A DNA stretch of 37,849 nucleotides from an uncultured bacterium (GTDB lineage Bacteria > Fidelibacterota > Marinisomatia > Marinisomatales > UBA1611), in the NCBI GenBank assembly GCA_964001155.1, contig CAXFCD010000052.1, positions 1 through 37,849 of the forward strand. Direction: 5' to 3'. Shown here one piece after another: positions 16,897 through 26,701 of this stretch (position 1 is its first letter; each line of letters starts with the position of its first letter). The notes below the pieces were generated by a model, which had not been told where the DNA came from, did not search any database, and was given only the letters and a program-made list of their open reading frames with translations. Made by a program: the position numbers and the translations under genes.

Positions 16897-19554
16897 ATGA
16901 ATCATAAACATGAGATAGTTTCGGTTCTCCTTTGCATTTCCGCTTTATTTGCTTCTGGAGGAAAGATTTCAGGTCAGATAACGGACATTGAAACGGGCGC
17001 ACCATTACCTGGCGTGAATGTTATGGTTCAAAACTTAAATATCGGGTCAGCAACTGACCAATTTGGTGTCTATGTAATTATGAATGTACCAACTGGTTAC
17101 CATTCAATAGATGCATCCTACATTGGGTATTCAAAATATGTGGTTCAAAACTTAAGAGTAAGTTTAGATCAAACTACGACCCAAGACATTCAATTAACTC
17201 CCGAAATTATTGAAGGTAAGGAAATTATTGTTTTGGCTGAACGACCACTGGTGCAAAAAGATCTAACTGCATCACAAAGAATTACAACATCTGAAGAAAT
17301 AAAAAATTTACCTGTGGAATCATTTTTAGGTGTTCTTACCACTCAGGCAGGCGTAAATCAAGGTGCAGGTGGAGAAATTCATATAAGGGGTGGGAGGTCT
17401 AATGAAGTCGGATACTATATTGACGGTGTTTCTGTAGCAAACCCGTTTTTTACCAATAGCCTTGCCGTTAATATTTCAAATAAAGCACTGGAAGAAATGA
17501 AGGTTGTCAGTGGTGCATTCAATGCAGAATATGGCAATGCAATGAGTGGTATTGTTAATCTCCAAATTAAAGAGGGTGGCCCCGATTACCATGGGAGTGT
17601 TTCAATATACTCCGGCGATTATTTTTCGGACGCAACTGACATTTTTATGAATATCGATGATGTTAATTTCAGTGCAAATCAAATCTTTGATGGTTCACTC
17701 AGCGGTCCAGTACCATTCTTATCAAAGCTAACATTTAACATTAGTGGTAGATATAGTGACAGTGAAGGTTATTTGTTTGGTCAACGTGAACATAAACCGG
17801 ACGATTTTGCAGATTTTAGGGTTTCAGATTATTGGATAATACAACTTGGTGGTGATAATAAATATGTCCCTATGAATCCATCACAAAAACTGAACCTGCT
17901 CTCGAAACTGACATACAGATTTACGCCAAAACTTAAATTATCTTTGCAAATGCTCCAAGATAGTCGAGATTGGAAATCGTATTCCCACGTATATAAATAC
18001 AATCCAGATGGTACCTATAACTATTTTACACAAAATAATAATTATTCTATAAAATTGACTCAAGCATTTTCACGGTCTTTTTATGAAGCAAATTTTTTCA
18101 ACTCAACAACAGATTTTAAACAGTATGTATTTGAAGACCCTACAGATGATCAATATGTATCTACAAATTCAATTTTAGGTTCTCCACCTTCTGCAACCTT
18201 TGCATTTGGAGGAACTCAAATGGGGCATTATTCAAGAGAATCAAACTCTCAAGGTGGAAAATTTGATTTCACCAGTCAAATTACAAATCGACATGAAGTG
18301 AAAATTGGAGCAAATTTTAGAATTGATAATCTTGAAGAAGATAATTTTGTTGTTTTGTTTGATGGCTATGAATATCCAGAGCCAACAGTCCCACCAGTGA
18401 ATGAATCACCCAGTCATAATTATTATGAAAATCAAGCGGTATTTATTAGTTCATATCTTCAGGATAAAGTAGAATACCCTGATATGATAGTTAATGTAGG
18501 TATTCGATATGATTCTTTTGATCCAAATGATACCTATATAGAGGATCTGATCAATCCTGAAAATCAGAGAATTCAAGCCAATAAAAAATCAATGATATCC
18601 CCAAGATTAGGTGTGTCCTTTCCAATTACTGATGAAGGAATTCTACACTTTAGCTATGGACATTTTTATCAAATCCCTACCTTACGTAGACTGTATAAAA
18701 CGAGTATTTTTGGAGCCAATATTTCTCCATCAGTAGGCAATGCAAATCTAAAACCGGAAAAAACTGTACTCTATGAGTTTGGATTGCAACAGCAGTTTAC
18801 AAGAGTATTAGCCATCGAGGGAAGTGTATTTTATAAGGATATTCGAGATCTCCTTGCACTCCAATCTATTGACTATCTATCGCCAACTTATGGCCCTTCT
18901 TCTTATTCTATTTATATGAATAAAGATTATGGAATTGTAAAGGGACTTACGCTTAGTCTAACAAAAAGATACGATAAAGTATCAAAAACATCAGCGTTTC
19001 TAGATTACTCATATCAAATTGCAGAAGGAAATAGTCTGAAATCTGGTTCATTCTATTTCAACTCATTAACAGGAGAAGAAGAAGAAAAAAGGATTGTTCC
19101 ACTCAATTGGGATCAGAGACATATATTAAATGCGACAGTTACGATTAGTGCCCCGCAAAATTGGGGTATAAGTTTCATCGGTAAACTTGCCCAAGGATGG
19201 CCCTATACACCGAATATTCCTTTTGCTAATTATATCCCGAATATGAATAGTGGAAGAAAACCCTGGCAGAAAAATGTTAATGTCAGATTACATAGAAACT
19301 TTAATCTTGGGATTCTAGATGTGGTATTATTTGGCAAGATATATAATTTATTTGATAGTAGAAATGAAAGGTACGTGTTTAATGATACGGGAAGAGCAGG
19401 TTATACATTTGTGAATAGGTCTTCACAAGAAACTAAGGCATTTATACAGCATTATGGCGAGCCAGGTGTGCATACATGGGAAGAATATCAAATTAGGCCT
19501 AATTATTATAGTTCACCTCGATCTATTCAGGCTGGTCTTTCGGTTGAATTTTAA
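16897..19554 (+). CDS. TonB-dependent outer-membrane receptor with an N-terminal CarboxypepD_reg-like domain
   Basis: The N-terminus SGQITDIETGAPLPGVNVMVQNLNIGSATDQFGVYVIMNVPTGYHSIDASYIGY is a CarboxypepD_reg domain. A plug-like segment follows (IHIRGGRSNEVGYYIDGVSV). A long beta-rich barrel ends in an aromatic residue (...GLSVEF). Confidence 0.85.
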   Translation: MNHKHEIVSVLLCISALFASGGKISGQITDIETGAPLPGVNVMVQNLNIGSATDQFGVYVIMNVPTGYHSIDASYIGYSKYVVQNLRVSLDQTTTQDIQLTPEIIEGKEIIVLAERPLVQKDLTASQRITTSEEIKNLPVESFLGVLTTQAGVNQGAGGEIHIRGGRSNEVGYYIDGVSVANPFFTNSLAVNISNKALEEMKVVSGAFNAEYGNAMSGIVNLQIKEGGPDYHGSVSIYSGDYFSDATDIFMNIDDVNFSANQIFDGSLSGPVPFLSKLTFNISGRYSDSEGYLFGQREHKPDDFADFRVSDYWIIQLGGDNKYVPMNPSQKLNLLSKLTYRFTPKLKLSLQMLQDSRDWKSYSHVYKYNPDGTYNYFTQNNNYSIKLTQAFSRSFYEANFFNSTTDFKQYVFEDPTDDQYVSTNSILGSPPSATFAFGGTQMGHYSRESNSQGGKFDFTSQITNRHEVKIGANFRIDNLEEDNFVVLFDGYEYPEPTVPPVNESPSHNYYENQAVFISSYLQDKVEYPDMIVNVGIRYDSFDPNDTYIEDLINPENQRIQANKKSMISPRLGVSFPITDEGILHFSYGHFYQIPTLRRLYKTSIFGANISPSVGNANLKPEKTVLYEFGLQQQFTRVLAIEGSVFYKDIRDLLALQSIDYLSPTYGPSSYSIYMNKDYGIVKGLTLSLTKRYDKVSKTSAFLDYSYQIAEGNSLKSGSFYFNSLTGEEEEKRIVPLNWDQRHILNATVTISAPQNWGISFIGKLAQGWPYTPNIPFANYIPNMNSGRKPWQKNVNVRLHRNFNLGILDVVLFGKIYNLFDSRNERYVFNDTGRAGYTFVNRSSQETKAFIQHYGEPGVHTWEEYQIRPNYYSSPRSIQAGLSVEF

Positions 19555-19578
19555 ACGATATCTTAGTTAGGTAAAATT

Positions 19579-22500
19579 TTGAAAATCACACAATACAACA
19601 ATTCCAAATCAATTTTATATTTAGTTGGATTAGTGTTAATACTTTCAAATCCAGTATATGCATTTTTACCATTAAATAAAAAAAATAATGATCAAGAACC
19701 ACCGCGAAAAGATTGGACAAATACTCAATATACGAATTATTACAAATGGCGGGAGAATACTCTTCAGAGACAAATGGATGAGGAAAATGACGATCAAATT
19801 CTTAGAAGACAGAAAGCTATACTTAATGGCAACAAGATAACGTCGGAAATTTGGAATTACGGTAGTATCTCAAGCCCAGGAAACCGAACCACTGATATTG
19901 TATGGGAAAGTTTGGGATATGGGTATGAATTTGGGCCTTTTATTTGTGCAGAGGTGGAAGTCGAGCCTCAAAGTCACTTAGATGCTTATATTAAAACTGA
20001 CGAGAATGGAAATCCGGTTACCAATGAAAATGGAGATACTGTTTGGGTAGCAAGAGTGATTAGTGATGGTTTGGTTTCCTTAGGAGGTGAAGTTTCACCT
20101 GATGGAAAGGATATTTGGGGCTGGCAACCTCTCGCTTATAATTCCGAAAATGTACCTTATGCAGATACTGAGAGCAATTATATCCCAACCTCAAACGATT
20201 TTGATCGGGATGGTGACGGTAAACCAGACAGTTGGCCGGAAGGATGGTACAATGAAATCCTAAAAGAGTTTAAGTGGCCAGGCGCATTACGCCAAGGTGC
20301 ATCCAACTCTGATATGGAATCCTTTTTTGTTGTAGACGATCGCACGAATAAAGAATTTGAATATTACCCTTTTCCAGAAGATTCCACGCGAAAAGGATTA
20401 GGGATTGAAATTGAATGCCGTTATTACCAATGGTCAAATCCACTGGCCGAAGATATTATATTCCTCATTTATAAGGTAACAAATAAAAGTCAAAAAGACT
20501 TGAATAAAGTCCTTTTCGGTATGTGGGGGGATCCCCACATTGGTGGTCCATCTAATTGGCAGGATGATTTATCATATTTTGACCGTGATATTAACATGGT
20601 TTATTGCTGGGATGAAGATGGTCACAGCGATATTGCCGGACGTGAACCGGGATACTTCGGTTATAAATTTCTTGAAAGTCCTGGTGATCCTTATGATGGA
20701 TTAGATAATGACTCTGATGGAATGGTCGACGAAAGCAGGAGTGATGGCATAGACAATGACGGTGATTGGGATCCGGATAAACATGATGTTGGAGTAGATG
20801 GTATACCAAATACAGGTGATACCGGTGAAGGAGACGGTGCCCCAACTGCTGGTGATCAATACGACATTAGAGAACCGGGTGAACCAAACTTTGAATGGAC
20901 TGATTTAGATGAAGCAGATATGGTGGGTCTAACAGGATTTGCATCACCGGCTTTCGGTGGAAATAACTCTATTTCTAATGATCATTATGTTTTCGAAAAC
21001 TTTTTAACACCAGGCGTTTTTGATTCTGCCAATGCAAACTCAGCAGGGGATTATATTTTTATTTACAGTTCAGGACCAATTGATCTTCCTGCGGGTGAAA
21101 CTCGCCGATTTTCCATTGCATTGTTAGTTGGACAAAATTATGAAGACTTAACACTGAATGCGGTGACTGCACAAAGTATTTATGAGCGGAATTATCAATT
21201 TGCAAAACCACCTGAAAAACCAAATGTTACCGTTGTCCCTGGTGATGAGAAAGTCACACTTTACTGGGATGATATTGCAGAATCTTCCATTGATCCAATT
21301 TCAGAGAAAAATGATTTTGAAGGCTATGTTATTTACCGAAGTACAGATCCCCAATTTTTAGATCAGCAAACAATAACTGATGCCTATGGATCTAACTTTT
21401 TGTTTACTCCGCTCGAGCAGGTTGGAGGAGCACCAGCAAAATTTGATCTGATAAATGACTACAGCGGTTTGAGCAGTATACCATACACGGGTCATGGAAT
21501 TCCATATAATTTGGGAAGCAATACCGGCATCCAACATTCTTTTGTGGACTCAAATAATGTAATTAATGGACAAGTCTATTATTACACTGTAGTTTCCTAT
21601 GATCATGGAGATGACAGTCTTCAGATCGCACCTGCTGAATGCTCAAAACTGATCACTTTGAATCCGGAATCAAATGAGTTATTTCTCGATGTAAATACAG
21701 TCCAAATTATACCAAGAGTGCCTGCAGCAGGTTATACGGAAGGTAGCTTAACCAGCGCAGGGATATTTCATGAAGAAGGTATTGGAACAGGAAATGTGAG
21801 AATTGAGATTATTGATCCAATGAAAATAGAAGACAGTGATACCTTCCGCGTTACATTTAAAGAATCACCAACAAGATATTCGGTTGAGGATACAAAACCA
21901 GTTGATGAAATTTTTATAGCTAATAGTGGCAAATTCATTGGACTGACATTTAGGAATATTGTAAAAGAATCCTTTAATTTGAAAAGCATGGATGGCACTG
22001 TTGTTTATATTGATAGTGTCGACTATGAGTTGGATTCAGATTATGGTCGAGTTCGCGCCATTCCTGATTCTTCCGGAGGCGGTTTAGAAGATGGCGTACA
22101 ATATCGCGTAACCTATACTTATTTATCAATTAAAGACAGTGAAATGTTAAATAATGAAGAATCAAATCCTGTTTTTGATGGATTGAAAATTTTTATAGAA
22201 GATCAACCATTAGATATTGATGAGAGTAAAACAGGGTGGAATTTATATAGTCCAACAAATTATACTACAGTCGTAGGAGTATTTTCACAAGGAGGAAACG
22301 CATTTCCAGCGGATTATGAAGTTCGGTTTTCATCATCAATTGTTGATACAGGTTCTTTTGCTGGAATATTGACACCCTTTGAAATTTATAAAACCACCAT
22401 GGGTATGATCCCTGAAAAGCAACGGTTTGCAATCATAAAGAAGCAACCCAATGAAAGTAATGATACATGGGATAGTCATGATGAAATTGTTTTATTTGAA

Positions 22501-23001
22501 GGTGAAGGATTCAGTTCACCTACTTGGATGATAAAATTTCTACAACCACCGGCGGATACACCCGTTATTCCTACTGAAGGTGATATTTATCAAATTGCTA
22601 CAACTCGTCCCTTCACTACTGATGATATTTTTACATTTGTTACAACAGCATCAAAAATTGATGAAAATCAAGGAATTAATGATTTAGAAAAAATCTCTGT
22701 TGTTCCTAATCCTTATGTCGTAACAAATACCCTCGAAAGATTAGATAGGCAAAATCCAAGGGACAGAGGTCCCCGGCGAGTATATTTTAACCATTTACCT
22801 GCTGAATGTACTATACGGATTTATACGATTACAGGTGAATTGGTAAAATCATTAGTGCACAGTTCAACAATTGATGATGGCAAAGAATACTGGGATCTCA
22901 CAACAAATGACAATTTTCCAATTGCATATGGAGTTTATATTTTTCATGTTGATGCAGGAGAAATAGGTGAGAAAATCGGGCGATTTGCAGTTATTAAATA
23001 A
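19579..23001 (+). CDS. Large (1140 aa) secreted protein of unknown family with a thrombospondin-type-3-like Ca-binding Asp cluster, an FN3-like domain and a divergent T9SS/FlgD-Ig-like C-terminal domain
   Basis: TTG start 24 nt after the receptor stop. Signal peptide present. DGLDNDSDGMVDESRSDGIDNDGDWDPDKHDVGVDGIPNTGDTGEGDG cluster. FN3-like PEKPNVTVVPGDEKVTLYWDD...GYVIYRS. The C-terminus is VVPNPYVV...IRIYTITGELV...GVYIFHV...RFAVIK. Confidence 0.7.
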   Translation: MKITQYNNSKSILYLVGLVLILSNPVYAFLPLNKKNNDQEPPRKDWTNTQYTNYYKWRENTLQRQMDEENDDQILRRQKAILNGNKITSEIWNYGSISSPGNRTTDIVWESLGYGYEFGPFICAEVEVEPQSHLDAYIKTDENGNPVTNENGDTVWVARVISDGLVSLGGEVSPDGKDIWGWQPLAYNSENVPYADTESNYIPTSNDFDRDGDGKPDSWPEGWYNEILKEFKWPGALRQGASNSDMESFFVVDDRTNKEFEYYPFPEDSTRKGLGIEIECRYYQWSNPLAEDIIFLIYKVTNKSQKDLNKVLFGMWGDPHIGGPSNWQDDLSYFDRDINMVYCWDEDGHSDIAGREPGYFGYKFLESPGDPYDGLDNDSDGMVDESRSDGIDNDGDWDPDKHDVGVDGIPNTGDTGEGDGAPTAGDQYDIREPGEPNFEWTDLDEADMVGLTGFASPAFGGNNSISNDHYVFENFLTPGVFDSANANSAGDYIFIYSSGPIDLPAGETRRFSIALLVGQNYEDLTLNAVTAQSIYERNYQFAKPPEKPNVTVVPGDEKVTLYWDDIAESSIDPISEKNDFEGYVIYRSTDPQFLDQQTITDAYGSNFLFTPLEQVGGAPAKFDLINDYSGLSSIPYTGHGIPYNLGSNTGIQHSFVDSNNVINGQVYYYTVVSYDHGDDSLQIAPAECSKLITLNPESNELFLDVNTVQIIPRVPAAGYTEGSLTSAGIFHEEGIGTGNVRIEIIDPMKIEDSDTFRVTFKESPTRYSVEDTKPVDEIFIANSGKFIGLTFRNIVKESFNLKSMDGTVVYIDSVDYELDSDYGRVRAIPDSSGGGLEDGVQYRVTYTYLSIKDSEMLNNEESNPVFDGLKIFIEDQPLDIDESKTGWNLYSPTNYTTVVGVFSQGGNAFPADYEVRFSSSIVDTGSFAGILTPFEIYKTTMGMIPEKQRFAIIKKQPNESNDTWDSHDEIVLFEGEGFSSPTWMIKFLQPPADTPVIPTEGDIYQIATTRPFTTDDIFTFVTTASKIDENQGINDLEKISVVPNPYVVTNTLERLDRQNPRDRGPRRVYFNHLPAECTIRIYTITGELVKSLVHSSTIDDGKEYWDLTTNDNFPIAYGVYIFHVDAGEIGEKIGRFAVIK
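22693..22998 (+). other. Divergent T9SS-like C-terminal domain of the 1140-aa protein
   Basis: ISVVPNPYVV, then an insertion (TNTLERLDRQNPRDRGPRR), then VYFNHLPAECTIRIYTITGELVKSL...YWDLTTNDNFPIAYGVYIFHVDAG...GRFAVIK. It has the same strand pattern as the other five tails but with an extra charged insert. Confidence 0.45.
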
Positions 23002-23023
23002 GAATATTTTATTGACTAGAATA

Positions 23024-24076
23024 ATGAAAAAAATTATCCATAAGACCAATATAGCGGTGTTGCTTATTTTTATTTTATTCCAATTATGTTGGGTATATGG
23101 CCAATTGGACGATTCACAAACAATAACAAAATCGGGAACAACAGCAGCACAATTTTTGAAAATAGGTATAGGGGCTCGTGGAACGGCGATGGGCGGTGCC
23201 TTTGCAGCGATCGATGGTGATATAAGTTCCATGTACTGGAATGCTGCGGGTATTGCAAGCATGAACAGGTTAGAGACAATGTTTGTTGATGGCGATTGGC
23301 TTGCAGGTGTTAGACTCCAATATCTTGGCTTTTCAATTCCAATACATAGAATTGGTGTTCTGGGATTAAGTGTCACAAATCTTTCAGTTCCAGAAGATAA
23401 AGTACGTACAATTTCTGAACCAGAGGGTACAGGTGAATATTGGGGTGCTCGGGATTTAGCTGCGAATCTAAGTTTTGCCAGAAAATTATCCGATAAATTC
23501 AGTATTGGAGGAAATATAAAATATATTCAACAAACAATTTGGCATGCCAGTGCCAGTACATATGCTGCGGATTTAGGAGCGCTATTTGAAACACCTTTTA
23601 ACGGAATTAGACTAGGTGCTTCTATTAATAATTACGGCGGTAAAATGAAGTTAGAGGGTAGAGACCAAAAAATCAGTGTAGATCCAGATCCTTTAAATCA
23701 GGGTAATGTAGAGTTCATTAATGCGAATCTGGAAACAGACCAATTTCCAATTCCTTTAATTTTCCGAGTTGGGCTATCGGGTGAATTAATTAATAAACAA
23801 AATTTAAGATTATCCTACGCTATTGATGCGTTGCACCCTAATGATAATTCTGAGTATGTGAATTTGGGGATGGAGACAGTTTTTAATAACCTTGTGTCAA
23901 TTCGTGCAGGATATCCTTCATTATACAAGGAAGAATCGATTGAAGGTCCAACCTTTGGAGCAGGGTTGAATTATAGGATTTGGCGTACAGCAACAATATT
24001 GAAAGTCGATTATTCCTTTGCAGACTTTGGTCCATTAGGAGATGTGAAAAGAATATCTATAGGATTTAATTTTTAA
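23024..24076 (+). CDS. PorV/PorQ-family (UPF0164/FadL-like) T9SS-associated outer-membrane beta-barrel
   Basis: Family signature TTAAQFLKIGIGARGTAMGGAFAAIDGDISSMYWNAAGIA follows a signal peptide. The protein is beta-rich and ends ...ISIGFNF. Start chosen at the ATG at 23024 (MKKIIHK...), 22 nt after the upstream stop, rather than the ORF-track start at 22967. Confidence 0.75.
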   Translation: MKKIIHKTNIAVLLIFILFQLCWVYGQLDDSQTITKSGTTAAQFLKIGIGARGTAMGGAFAAIDGDISSMYWNAAGIASMNRLETMFVDGDWLAGVRLQYLGFSIPIHRIGVLGLSVTNLSVPEDKVRTISEPEGTGEYWGARDLAANLSFARKLSDKFSIGGNIKYIQQTIWHASASTYAADLGALFETPFNGIRLGASINNYGGKMKLEGRDQKISVDPDPLNQGNVEFINANLETDQFPIPLIFRVGLSGELINKQNLRLSYAIDALHPNDNSEYVNLGMETVFNNLVSIRAGYPSLYKEESIEGPTFGAGLNYRIWRTATILKVDYSFADFGPLGDVKRISIGFNF

Positions 24077-24098
24077 TTATTGAACATATAGATTTGAA

Positions 24099-25373
24099 TT
24101 GAAACGAATTCTCACTTTTCAATTTCTTATTTTTTTTAACTTATCCTTTGCACAAATCGGTGAGTTAGGCCCAGTCCTAGATCAATTTCCTCATCTAATA
24201 GCACGAGACAGTTTATCCTTCATTATTTCTGAAGGTAGATCATCACCGAGTTTTGACTCTTTAGAAGGTGGTGCCATTGAAATCGAAGGGGATTTTGTAA
24301 CAGGAGTAGAGTTTGTTCTTTTTAATGAATCAGGAACACAGAAAAAAGTCCAAGGGAAAATTTTCAGAAACGAATTACTTGGCACTACAATTGCAACATT
24401 TAGAACTCTTGAAAATGAATTTATTGACCAATTTTCTTTTAAAATTATTTCTACAGAGTTAATTGAAGTAAAATCCGTCATCGGATTTCTTCCTGACTCT
24501 GAAATTAGGGTAGGTGCACCCAAGTCGTTAATTCCCATTGTTGGAGATGTTCCAAAACCCACTATTGTTTCCCGGGAAGAATGGGGGGCTCAACCTTCAA
24601 AATACTCCTATAGCAATCATCCCTATATTGACAAATTAACTCTCCATCATGCAGCTTGTTGCAGTGCAAATAACCTTGAAGAAGGTAAAAGCCAAGTTTT
24701 ATGGATCCAGGATTTTCACCAAAATGGCCGTGGTTGGAATGACATTGGCTATCATTTTCTTGTAGATCGTGCGGGAAATATTTACCAAGGTCGGCCGGAA
24801 ACAGTGATAGGTGCTCACGTTGGCGGCGCGAATACCGGGAATATTGGTGTCTGTTTATTGGGGTGTTACCATCCGCCTGAAACTAATTGTTTTGAGTTTA
24901 TGAGTGATGAAAGTAAAGATGCCATCGTTCGTTTATTCGGTTGGTTATCAGACGCATATGAACAAAATCCTTCAATCCTATTGGGTCACAGAGATTATTT
25001 TGGAACGACTGCCTGCCCTGGCGATAATGTTTGGTATAGATTACCCCTATTAAGGATTGATATAACAGACTATATAACATCAATGGAGTTACCACCTATT
25101 TATTTATCTCAACCCGCATATCCAAACCCATTCTCTAACCAGACAACCCTTAGTTTTGAATTAACGGAAAAAGAGGATGTAATCATTGAAATCTATGATC
25201 TTCTAGGTAGAAAAGTAAATTCGATAGGTGCAACAGAAATAGAACCGGGAATAACAAATTTTATCTGGAATGGAACAAATAAATCAGGTAAAAAACTTGG
25301 GAATGGGATGTATTTTGCTTTACCCGTTAATCACCCAGAATTAGAATTGATAAAACTGGTAATGGTCAAATAA
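24099..25373 (+). CDS. Secreted N-acetylmuramoyl-L-alanine amidase (PGRP/Amidase_2 domain) with an unknown N-terminal domain and a T9SS C-terminal sorting domain
   Basis: SREEWGAQP...LTLHHAAC...WNDIGYHFLVDRAGNIYQGRP...GAHVGGANTGNIGVCLLG...LLGHRDY..TTACPGD is the PGRP/T7-lysozyme-type Zn amidase pattern. Signal peptide present. The tail is AYPNPFSNQTTLSFEL... Confidence 0.85.
   Translation: MKRILTFQFLIFFNLSFAQIGELGPVLDQFPHLIARDSLSFIISEGRSSPSFDSLEGGAIEIEGDFVTGVEFVLFNESGTQKKVQGKIFRNELLGTTIATFRTLENEFIDQFSFKIISTELIEVKSVIGFLPDSEIRVGAPKSLIPIVGDVPKPTIVSREEWGAQPSKYSYSNHPYIDKLTLHHAACCSANNLEEGKSQVLWIQDFHQNGRGWNDIGYHFLVDRAGNIYQGRPETVIGAHVGGANTGNIGVCLLGCYHPPETNCFEFMSDESKDAIVRLFGWLSDAYEQNPSILLGHRDYFGTTACPGDNVWYRLPLLRIDITDYITSMELPPIYLSQPAYPNPFSNQTTLSFELTEKEDVIIEIYDLLGRKVNSIGATEIEPGITNFIWNGTNKSGKKLGNGMYFALPVNHPELELIKLVMVK
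25104..25370 (+). other. T9SS type-A C-terminal sorting domain of the PGRP-type amidase
   Basis: LSQPAYPNPFSNQTTLSFELTEKEDVIIEIYDLLGRKV...FIWNGTNKSGKKLGNGMYFAL...IKLVMVK. Confidence 0.75.
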
Positions 25374-25462
25374 GTAGATAACTTAATGAAATAAAATGGG
25401 AAAAATCATCAATGACAAGACTGCTATTAATCATAAAATGATTCTCTTAAAATAGAATCGAT

Positions 25463-26701
25463 TTAATAAGATTCTAAAAACTTCAATGGATGTGTATTAT
25501 TTAAAAGTTCGTGATACAACTTATCGCTGCCCCACAATCGATTTAGGTGCTGTTCTTTGAAGGTAACTTCACTTGAATACAATTGATATATAGTAAAAAG
25601 AGTTATAACGCCCGTATCCACACTTTTAAATGTATTTCGATTTATAACAATTATTTCAATGCCAAAACATTTTTCTTTTTCAAATTTTGGGTGCTTTGAC
25701 ATGCCGGGGATGGATAGAGGCATAAAAGAGATCGGTTGAAAAACCACGCCCGGAAGTTTGTATTTATTCAATTTTTGGGACAAAAGTTTCCCGTCAATCC
25801 AGGGCGCGCCAATTTGTTTAAATGGGTTTTGGGTTCCCCGGCCTTCACTGATATTTGTTCCTTCAATCAAGCACATTCCCGGGTATATAAAGGCAGTTTC
25901 TAAATCAGAGATATTTGGGGATGGTTTTACCCAAGGCAAATCTGTTTCATCATACCAAAGACTTGGATTCCAGCCTTCAATTTCGATGACTTCTACTCTT
26001 GGGATAGGGGAAATCCATTTATTCTCAATTATTTTTTGGGCTAAATCGCCTACCGTTCCACCATACCGGATTGGGATTGGGTAATATCCAACAAAAGTTT
26101 GAAAATCCATTTCCAAAATCGGGCCTTCCACAATATCACCACGGATTGGATTAGGACGATTCAATACCAAGACGGGAATATCTAACTCCCCGGCAGCTTC
26201 CATGACCAAACCTAAGGTGGTGATATAGGTATAAAAACGGGCGCCAATATCCTGGATATCATAAACAATCAAATCAATCCCTGCCAGCATTTCAGGTTTG
26301 GGTTTTCGAATTTTTCCGTACAAACTAATAACTTGAGGAAAATCAGTATCCTCCTTTGAGTAATGGATTTTTTCTCCTGCATCTGCTTCACCAAATAATC
26401 CGTGTTCAGGAGAAAAAATAATTTTTAGATCTACATCTTTAATTTCCATGAGACGTTTGTAATTTGGTGTCCCTTTTTTATCAACACCGGTGTGGTTGGT
26501 CACTAATGCAATTGATTTATCTTGAATTAATCCCAATTTAGAATCCAGTAGAATATCTAATCCTGTTTTGATATTAATTTTCTCCACAGGGATTTTAGGA
26601 TTAAGCTTTTGTTTTTCCATTTGTTCCTGATGGATGGATGGATGATCTCCCTGAGAAAAAAGGGTACTGATAAAAATAAAAACAGTGATACGATATATCA
26701 T
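25463..26701 (-). CDS. namZ: DUF1343 protein, exo-beta-N-acetylmuramidase NamZ family
   Basis: GLDILLDSKLGLIQDKSIALVTNHTGV...IFSPEHGLFGEADAGE...ISLYG...IDLIVYDIQDIGARFYTYITTLGLVMEAAGE..IPVLVLNRPNPIRGDIVEGPIL...FVGYYPIPIRYGGTVGDLA is the DUF1343/YbbC pattern. Signal peptide present. Confidence 0.85.
   Translation of the reverse strand: MIYRITVFIFISTLFSQGDHPSIHQEQMEKQKLNPKIPVEKINIKTGLDILLDSKLGLIQDKSIALVTNHTGVDKKGTPNYKRLMEIKDVDLKIIFSPEHGLFGEADAGEKIHYSKEDTDFPQVISLYGKIRKPKPEMLAGIDLIVYDIQDIGARFYTYITTLGLVMEAAGELDIPVLVLNRPNPIRGDIVEGPILEMDFQTFVGYYPIPIRYGGTVGDLAQKIIENKWISPIPRVEVIEIEGWNPSLWYDETDLPWVKPSPNISDLETAFIYPGMCLIEGTNISEGRGTQNPFKQIGAPWIDGKLLSQKLNKYKLPGVVFQPISFMPLSIPGMSKHPKFEKEKCFGIEIIVINRNTFKSVDTGVITLFTIYQLYSSEVTFKEQHLNRLWGSDKLYHELLNNTHPLKFLESY

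Noticed and set aside
22864-23376. 170-aa minus-strand ORF spanning the junction of the 1140-aa gene and the PorV-like gene
   Set aside because: It lies antisense to two well-supported plus-strand genes, has a low-complexity composition and has no recognisable motif. It is a shadow ORF.
25436-25464. AT-rich imperfect hairpin (AAATGATTCT ... AGAATCGATTT) between the convergent amidase and namZ genes, as a possible bidirectional terminator
   Set aside because: The stem is almost all A-T with a bulge, it overlaps the namZ stop codon and it has no clear T tract. It is too weak to call.
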